From: Antechinus flavipes
Taxonomy: Eukaryota
Reading direction: 5' to 3'
Assembly (NCBI RefSeq): GCF_016432865.1
Contig: NC_067400.1
Location: 1,302,001-1,366,000, forward strand
Length of the DNA: 64,000 nucleotides
Shown here one piece after another: positions 55,605 to 64,000 of the stretch (position 1 is its first letter; each line of letters opens with the position of its first letter). Position numbers and translations under genes: made by a program. The notes below the pieces were generated by a model that worked only from the letters and a program-made list of their open reading frames with translations, ran no database searches and was not told where the DNA came from.

Positions 55605-57640
55605 CCTGTAAATAAACATTCATAAAGTGCCCACTTGTGTCAGGTACTGTGCCAAATGCTGAAAACGAATCGAGGCAAATGATTGTTCCTGCCCCCAAGG
55701 GACTTACGATCTAATGAGGGAGAGGGCAGGAAAAAACTGTATACAAACAAGTCCTATATAGGAAAAGTTGGAACAACTGAATAGAGGGAAGGCACTAACA
55801 TTAAGAAAGGTTGGGGAGGCTTCCGTAGACAGTGAGATGTAGTTGGGACTGAAAGGAAATCAGAGAAGCCAGTAATGGGAGCAGAGTGTTCCAGGCCTTG
55901 GGTGAGCCAGAGGACAATGTCCAGGGTGGCAAGACGGAGAGTCTTGTTTGCAGAACAGCCAGGAATCCAGGTTCACTGAAGGAAAGAGTACATGGAGGGA
56001 AGTGAAGTGTAAGAAGCTGGAAAAGGAGGAGGGGGCAGGTAAGAAGGGTTTTGCATGCCAAACAAAGATTTCTTTTTGATTCTGGAGGCCACAGAGAGCC
56101 CCAGGACTCTGGGGGCAAAGGAGTGGTGTGGTCAGGCCTGCACTTTAGGGAAATTACCTCAGGAACTGAATGGAGGATGGACTGAAGTGAGGGGAGACTT
56201 GGGGCAGGTAGAGCCTCAGCAGCTAGTGCAGTGGGCTCGGTGTGAGGTGAAAAAGATGGAGGCAGGGACAGAGGGTAATGGGAGTAGGACCAGTGAGATG
56301 TTGCAATTGGCCAGAAAAGATGCTGCTGAGGTGAAATCAACCAGAGAAGCTGCAGAGGTGAAATGGAGCAGAGATGATTCAGAGGTGAGATTGACCAGAG
56401 ATGATGCAGGGGTGAGATTGACCAGAGATGATGCAGGGGTGAGATTGGCCAGAGATGATGCAGGGGTGAGATTGGCCAGAGAAGCTGCAGAGGTGAAATG
56501 GAGCAGAGATGATTCAGAGGTGAGATTGACCAGAGATGATGCAGGGGTGAGATTGACCAGAGATGATGCAGGGGTGAGATTGACCAGAGATGATGCAGGG
56601 GTGAGATTGACCAGAGATGATGCAGGGGTGAGATTGACCAGAGATGATGCAGGGGTGAGATTGACCAGAGATGATTGCAGGGGTGAGATTGACCAGAGAT
56701 GATTGCAGGGGTGAGATTGACCAGAGATGATGCAGGGGTGAGATTGACCAGAGATGATGCAGGGGTGAGATTGGCCAGAGATGATGCAGGGGTGAGATTG
56801 ACCAGAGATGATGCAGGGGTGAGATTGGCTAGAGATCATGCAGAGGCGGAATGGACCAACTGAGAGTTGGAATTGGTCCGAGCTGCTACAGAGGTGAAAG
56901 CAACAGGTCTTGGCACCACATTGAACTGAGGGTGAGAGACAATTAAAAAAAAAAAAATCCAAGGTGACTCCTGGGTTATGAGCCTGGGAGACTGTGAGGG
57001 TGGAGGTGCCCTGGACTGTAATAGGGAAGGTAAGAGGAGGGGAAGGTTTAGGTAGAAAAGCATGCGTTTGGTTTTGTACATATTTAGCATAAAATGTTTG
57101 CTGAATATTCATAGTTCAAGATGCCTAAGAGGCAGTTGGAGTTGTGAGAGTGGAGGTCAGCAGAGAGGCCAGGACAGGAAAGATAAATTTGAGAATCACC
57201 AGCATAGAGAAGGTCATTACATTCACAGAAGCTGATAAGATCTCTAAATGAAATGACCTAAAGGGAGAAAAGAAGAGGGATGGAAGCTGTGATCTGGAGG
57301 AGGAGCCAGCAAAGGAGACGGAGCACAGAGATGGGAGGAGAGCTTGGAGGGAGAATGTCCTGAAAACCCAGAGAGAAGTAAGTAACCAGGAGAGAATAAT
57401 GGTGTCCAAGGCTGCCCAAAGTTCAAAGAGAATGAGAATTGAAAAAAAATAAAAGGCCATTGGATTTGGTGATGAAGACGTCACTGGTGATTTTGGAGAG
57501 GGCAGTTGTGGTGATGATGCAGTCAGAAGCCAGATTGTGAGGAATGAGAAGAGAGGAAGAGCAGAGGCATCAGGAGGCACCAAGTGCAGACACTTTCTGG
57601 AGGTTACTTACAAAGGACAGAAGACACATAAGAAGAGAAG
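55605..57640 (-). mobile_element. L2 LINE (3' end plus RT remnant), interrupted by a 27-bp tandem expansion
   Basis: Antisense L2 3' end at about 55610-55720; minus-strand SILILFELWAALDTII resembles the L2 RT motif SVLILLDLSAAFDTVD. Confidence 0.75.
56308..56858. repeat. 27-bp tandem repeat, about 20 copies
   Basis: Unit AGAGATGATGCAGGGGTGAGATTGACC; translates as RDDAGVRLT on + and SSLVNLTPA on -. Confidence 0.95.
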
Positions 57641-57719
57641 AGTTAGTGGGGAAAGAAAGATCCCAGAGAGGATTTTATCAGGATGGGGGAGACTCAGGTA
57701 TATCTATCTATCTATCTGT

Positions 57720-59060
57720 TTGTTTAAATTTTTTATTAAAGTTTTTTCTTTACCAAGCATATGCATGGGTAATTTTTCCAAAATTGACCCTTGCATAACC
57801 TTTTGTTGCAAATTTTCCCCTCCTTCCCTGCACCCCCTCCCCTAGCTGGCAGGTACTCCAATACATATTAAATACGTTGAAATACATGTTAGCTCCAATC
57901 CATATTTATACAGTTATCTTGTTGCACAAGAAAAATCAGATCAATAAGAAAAAAAAAAACTGAGGAAAAAAATGCAAGCAAATAACAACAGAAAGGATGA
58001 GAGTGCTGTGTTGTGTTCCACACTCTGTTTCCACGGTCCTCTCTCGGGGTGATACTTCATCACTGCACAAGTGGAACTGGTTTGAATCTTCTCAATGTTG
58101 AAGAGAGCCACATTCATCAGAATTGATCATCATCTAGTATTGTTGTTGTCATGTACAACGATCTCCTGGTTCTGCTCATTTCACTCAGCATCAGTCCATG
58201 TAAGTCTCGCCAGTCCTCTCTGTATTCATCCTGCTGGTCATTCTTTACAGAACAATAATATTCCATAACATCCATATACCACAATTTACCCAGCCATTCT
58301 CCAATGGATGGGCATCCACTCAGTTTCCAGTTTCTGGCCCCTACAAACAGGGCTGCTACAAACATTTTGGCACATACAGGTCCCTTTCCCTTCTTTAGTA
58401 TCTCTTTGGGGTATAAGCCCAGTAGAAACACTACTGGATCAAAGGGGATGCACAGTTTAATAACTTTTTGAGCATAGTTTCAAATTGCTCTCCAGAATGG
58501 CTGGATGTATTCACACTTCCATCCACAATGCATCAGTGTCCCAGTTTTCTCACCTCCCTTCCAACATTCGTCATTATCTTTTCCTGTCATTTTAGCCAAT
58601 CTGACAGGTGTGTAGTGGTACCTCAGAATTGTCTCTGAGAAATTTGCATTTTTCTGATCAATAATGACTTGGAGCATCTTTTCATATGGCTAGAAATAGT
58701 TTCAATTTCATCATCTGAAAATTGTCTGTTCATATCCTTTGACCATTTATCAATTAGAGAATGGCTTGAACCATTATAAATTTGAGTCAATTCTCTATGT
58801 ATTTTGGAAATGGGGCTTTTATCAGATCCTTTGGATGTAAAAATGTTTCCCCAGCTCATTGCTTCCCTTCTAATCTTGTCTCCATTGGTTTTGTTTGTAC
58901 AAAAGCTGATTAACTTATTATAATCAAAATGATCTATTTTGTGATCAATAATGGTCTCTAGTTCATCTTTGGTCACAAATTCCTTTCTCCTCCACAAATT
59001 TGAGAGGTAAACTAGCCTATGTTCCTCTCATTTGTTTACGGTATCATTCTTTATGTCTAG
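57720..59060 (-). mobile_element. LINE-1 3' portion (ORF2 C-terminus and 3' UTR)
   Basis: Minus-strand ORFs 58623..58997, 58480..58677 (TILRYHYTPVRLAKMTGK) and 58117..58431 (GLYPKEILKKGKGPVCAKMF) are consecutive frameshifted pieces of L1 ORF2. Confidence 0.92.
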
Positions 59061-61304
59061 ATCATGACATATTTATGGGTAAGAGGAAAGGAGCCAGCAG
59101 AGAGAGAGAGATAGAAGGTAAGTGAGAGAGGGGGCGACAGAAGGGCAGACTGTTGGAAGAGATAGGGCGGAGGGGAGTCACGTGAAGGGAGAGAGTTGGC
59201 CTTGGTCAGCAGTAAGGTCTCTTTATCATGTGACACAGAAGGGGAGAAAGAGGCCGAAGGTGTTTAAGAAGGAGACAAGGAAGAAGGCTTCATGTCATGA
59301 AGAATGTCATGGCTAGGTCACTCAGATCCAAGTCTTGCTTTTCACAAATTTCTGAGCATCCTTCAGGGTGAAGCTCCAGGGTCCCCTTTTTGCTGCCCAA
59401 GGCTTCTCCTGATTCTCTCAGGTCCTTCCCTCTAGAAATCATTTTAGGTATCTGTGGTTTTCTCTGGTAGAATGGACCCTCCTTGAGGGCAGAGAGGGTT
59501 TCAGTTTTGTCTGTGCATCTTGAGTCTCTGATACATTTCCCCCTGATTTTTGATTTCATGTGGGTAGGGAATTTCTGGGGTGAAAATTTTCTCTGCTCCA
59601 GTTCAGACCCCACAGCCATCGTGCCCCCAAATATCAGCTCCCCTCCCTTAGAAGGGCGGGCAGATCAGCCTATCTGAAGCACCTGGGCACCCCGAGAAAG
59701 TAGCAGGAGGCAGGGGATGTGCCCACTACCCTTGGTCCCCAAAAGAGACTACCCAGGGCCCTGAACCAAAGAGCCCAGCGGCCTCCTAGACCCCAACCCT
59801 GCTGGTAGCCTGGCCCTTCGCCACGGTTCAGGGGAGCAACCTTCGTGGAGCTTGGGGCATTACCTCGGTGGGCGCTGCAGCCACCATCGCTCCTGAAAAC
59901 CAGAGAAGCAACATCTCCCACCCAAGCCCTCAGCCCTCTCCAGGGGCTCCGTGTCAGGAACACATAAGGTTTTATCGGTGGCAGTGGCCGGCCATATGGT
60001 CACCTTGCTGCTGCCCCATCGAGACCAGGCTGCCTTTCCCCCTGACCTGCAGCTGAAACCTTCCTATTGGACCATAAGCTCTCTGACAGTCTGACTTGTA
60101 CCTCGGTGCTGAGCACATGGTAAATGCTTAATGATCTTTCTTTCATTGGTCCGTTCACTCATCCATTCAGATGCTCTAACTTTATAGTCTTGGAGGGTCC
60201 CCAGATCTCTGAGCGCTGTCCAGGGTCCTACGGCCAGGATGTGCCGTGGGTATCAGGAACCCGAATCCTCCTGGCTCCAAGGCTAGCCTTGTGTCCACGG
60301 GCAGCATTGCACAGCGCCTAGGGGGCCCTCAAGAAGCCATTGTTGCTTGAATATTTTTTATGCTTCTCTGTCCCTCTTCTCTCTCTCCCCCCTTTCCTCT
60401 ATCTCTCTGTTTCTGATCCCTCTCTTTCTGTCTCCACCCCAGTCTTCCCCCTGTCTCTGCTTCTTCCTCCCCCTTCCCTGTCTGTCTCTGTCTGTCTTTG
60501 TCTCGCTGTCTCTCTGTCTCTGACCCTCTGTTCCTCTCTCCAGTCTCTTTCTTTCCCGCTACTATAAACTGACCCTATCATCTCTTCCCGCTGCCGTCCT
60601 GGATCTTACAAACTGGGACCTCCCAGTCCTCGCTCCCTGGCCCCTGCAGTCTCCCTTCTGATCTCTGCTCTGCCACGCTGGCTTCTTCAAAGATCTCTGA
60701 GCTGTCCCTCCCAGCGTCCTTTTCTGTGTCCTGCCTCTGGCCCTGCTTTCCAGCCTGACCCTGGGGGGCTGCCCAAAGGCCTCCCCTCTTAATCCTCCCT
60801 CCTCCCACCCAGTTAATGGACTCTCCGAGTCAGGGACTTTGGCCGGGGACTTTGCTCTGCAGCTGAGCTTTCCTAATCGGGGAGCAAGTGAACACCTCCC
60901 TGTCTCATTGGGCGCAGTGGGCCCCAGAACACGCTTCACATGTCAGTACACGCCTGGCTGATCTTCCTGCTGCTTCCAGCCCATCCCCCGCAGAGACCCA
61001 GGCCACCTTCCTCAAGCACAATCCTGGCCAGAGGAGGAGGGGAGAGAGAGATCTGGGAGTCACAGTGATGTTTGAGAGAAGGGGAGTGGGGAAGAGACAG
61101 AGAGGGGAAGGGAGAGAGAGAGGGACAGGCAGAGAGAAACAGAGACAGAGAAATAGAGAGACAGAGAGAGACAAAGAAATGGAGAGACAGAGACAGTCAG
61201 ACAGGGACAGAAAGTGACAGACAGAGAGATGGGAGACAAAGAGACAGAGAGGAAAGAGACAAAGAGAGAAAAACAGAAACAGAGAGAGGGACAGAGAGAC
61301 AGAA

Positions 61305-61739
61305 NNNNNNNNNNNNNNNNNNNNNNNNNNNNNNNNNNNNNNNNNNNNNNNNNNNNNNNNNNNNNNNNNNNNNNNNNNNNNNNNNNNNNNNNNNNNNNNN
61401 NNNNNNNNNNNNNNNNNNNNNNNNNNNNNNNNNNNNNNNNNNNNNNNNNNNNNNNNAATNNNNNNNNNNNNNNNNNNNNNNNNNNNNNNNNNNNNNNNNN
61501 NNNNNNNNNNNNNNNNNNNNNNNNNNNNNNNNNNNNNNNNNNNNNNNNNNNNNNNNNNNNNNNNNNNNNNNNNNNNNNNNNNNNNNNNNNNNNNNNNNNN
61601 NNNNNNNNNNNNNNNNNNNNNNNNNNNNNNNNNNNNNNNNNNNNNNNNNNNNNNNNNNNNNNNNNNNNNNNNNNNNNNNNNNNNNNNNNNNNNNNNNNNN
61701 NNNNNNNNNNNNNNNNNNNNNNNNNNNNNNNNNNNNNNN
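61305..61739. other. Assembly gap (N run), adjacent to a GA-rich microsatellite
   Basis: N from 61305 to 61739 with an isolated AAT at 61457-61459. Confidence 0.99.
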
Positions 61740-62899
61740 GGGGGCATTGGGAGAAGGGCCCCTTGGAGGAGTGGATGGGGGAGGAAGCAGAAGGTTTGGG
61801 TAGGGTAGAGAGATGAGGCTGCATGTTACCAAAGTCCTGAGTTTTTCTGGAAAACAGATGAGATCATCTGCTGAGGGGGAGGGAAGGCAGGTGGGGATTT
61901 TGAGGAGAACATCACTGTGGGAGGAAGGAGGAGGCAGGGCGGATGGGGATGACTGACTGTCCCCAGAGCGGCAAGGGCGCTTGCATAGTTTCAGGCTTGG
62001 CCCCCACTAATTGTTCCCTAAATGTCACAGGAATGAACCGTTGGGTTGACTTCGTGCCTGGGGCACTCTGCCGTGGAGGAAGTTCCAAGAGCCAAGAGTT
62101 GGAGGGGGGAGGGGGAGAGAGAGCAGCAGCTGGAACAAGGTTTTGGCCTGTGGGCCCCATCACTTTCTCCAGCCTTGCCCCCGGCTCCATCACTTTCTCT
62201 GATCTAGCCCAGAGGCCCAGCGGCCCATCCTGCCTCCTGTGTAGCCGCTGCTGTTTCCCAGATGTAAAGGTTGTTCCCCCCTCACCTCCCCCTTCTCCCC
62301 CCACCCCCGCGATCTGTGCGGCCCTCCCCTGGTCCAGAGGCGCCGTCGGACTTCCGCGTGTGTCCCCCCGCTCGTGCTCCCAGGCTGTCTCTCGGCCACG
62401 TCCCCCGCCCCCAACTCTGCACTCTCTCATTTGGCCGCGGCGCCCCAGGGCCGGGCCGGCCTCCGCTCTCCTTGGGTCAGCGAGAAAGGTCAAAGGGCCG
62501 GCTGCCTCCCTCCGCGGGGCAGGGCGGGTACAGGTGTTGGATCCAGGGGCGGGGCCGGCACGTGGGCTCAGACTGGGACCCGGCACAGGCGGCACTTTCG
62601 GGGGGAGGGGTGTCCCAGCCCCCCCCCCCCATGTCCCCTGCATTCCCGGCTTCCCTGATCCCTGGACATTGAAAGCTGCAGGGGCGGGGGGGGGGGGCGT
62701 CTGGGGCCGTTCCAGCCGCTTTTATGAATGTCAGAATAGCTCCTTCGTTCCACTAATAAAAGATAATGGCAGGCGGGAGGTGCAGCCAGATGAGGCTCGT
62801 GGACAGATCGCAAGTGTGACCCTGAGCTGGGGAAGGGAGGCGGGGGGAGGGGAGGGAATGGGAGGGCTGAGCTGAAGTGGGGGGGGGGGGGAGGCCTGA

Positions 62900-64000
62900 G
62901 CGTTTGTCCCCAACTCCCTGGGGGGCTTTGGCCAAACGCCCTCTTCTTCCTCCGCCGTTTCTGAAGGCGAAGGGCCTCCCAGCCGAGCCCGGGCCCCTCG
63001 GCTCTTCCAGGACCTCCCAGCCGAGCCCGGGCCCCTCGGCTCTTCCAGGACCTCCCAGCCGAGCCCGGGCCCCTCGGCTCTTCCGGGGCCTCAGAGGTCA
63101 TGGGGTGGCTGGGACGGCCGCATGCGGAGCCTTTCTCCCAGCTCCCCGACTTCAGGAGCGGTCCCCAGCTCCGTCCCCTCCCAGCCCCCAGGCGAGGTGC
63201 TGCAGCTGCCAGGCTCCCTGCTCCCCGCCGCCTCCGCGCCCTGTTTGGGGAAGGCCCGGCGCCCTCTGCCCTTCCTCTCGCCGGGTGCTCTCCCCATCGG
63301 CCCGGAGGCCCACTGAGGGCAGGCCGACTTTCCCGTGCCCGGCCCGGGGCCTGGCCCTCAGGGCTCCCGTTGGCGAAGGGCGAGTGACTGGCAGCGGGTG
63401 AGTGACTGGCAGCGGGCGAGTGATTGGCAGCCGCCGCTTCCTTGCCCACTTCAGGCCCGGGGCTCAGATGGGTGTGATGGAGCTAAATGCTCTGCGGCCC
63501 TGAAAGCTTTCAGGGAGGGGCCCTCGCTAAATGAAGCCACTGAAAAGGGCGAAAATGATGGAAAGAGCTTGGGGGCCCCCTGGGAGCCCGAGCCGCCGCA
63601 GCCGCAGCACAGCAGCCGCCAGAGCCGCAGCTGCTTCGTCCGCCCCCAGCATCCCAGCGCCCCCCCCCGACGGTACTTAAACCCCAGCTCGGCCGGCCGC
63701 GGCCCCAGCTCGGTCCGGGAAGCAGCGGGGGCTCTGGGCCGAGCCAGACCGGGAAACGCCCGCGCTCCTGCGGCGGCCTCCAAGGTGAGTCGGGCCCGGG
63801 TGTCTCCCCGAGACGAGGGAGCCAGATTTGGGGCCGTCCAGAAACGAGCCCCGGGGAGCATCTCCTTGGGAGGGCGGTGTTTGCTGCTCCCAAAGGGGGG
63901 AGGAGGAGCTAGGGAGCACAATCCCGCTTTAGACCAAGCTCAGGGAAATAGCCCCCACCTGAACTGAGGCAAGGGCGGGGTCCCCGCTGAGCTCCGGGCC
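62900..64000 (+). promoter_or_regulatory. CpG-island promoter with a candidate non-coding first exon (about 63700..63784) of the next gene, probably TRPV1 by synteny
   Basis: CpG-dense; TATA-like TACTTAAA at 63674-63681; strong donor AAG/GTGAGT at 63784/63785. No coding sequence is visible, so the gene identity is an inference. Confidence 0.45.

Noticed and set aside
60905-61832. ORFs of 200-280 aa spanning the gap
   Set aside because: Artefacts of translating N bases.

Overview
Very GC-rich marsupial genomic DNA. The WSINE1- and MAR1-type SINEs and an OC1-type hAT MITE suggest a dasyurid such as the Tasmanian devil or a relative; this rests on recalled consensus sequences, not a search. The window is syntenic with human 17p13.2. 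In order it holds: the 3' 11 coding exons of ITGAE (+), with intronless HASPIN/GSG2 (-) nested in one intron; P2RX5 (+, 12 coding exons, last one tentative); EMC6 (-); TAX1BP3 (+); CTNS (-); SHPK (+); and a CpG-island promoter at the right edge that synteny suggests belongs to TRPV1. Exon boundaries were read by hand from GT/AG sites and checked for phase continuity against recalled human proteins. Most long ORFs in the supplied track are artefacts of high GC content or tandem repeats. I found no convincing novel gene system. The best leads are: (1) the conserved HASPIN N-terminus, carrying the RTYG motif, is out of frame with the kinase; (2) four introns in TAX1BP3, CTNS and SHPK are both 3n in length and stop-free, so retention would escape NMD; (3) P2X5 has an intact exon 10 donor, an extra ectodomain Cys and a probably short C-tail; (4) a relic of a horizontally transferred OC1 transposon; (5) strong GC drift of normally AT-rich LINE relics; (6) several large minisatellites and an orphan CpG island downstream of SHPK.
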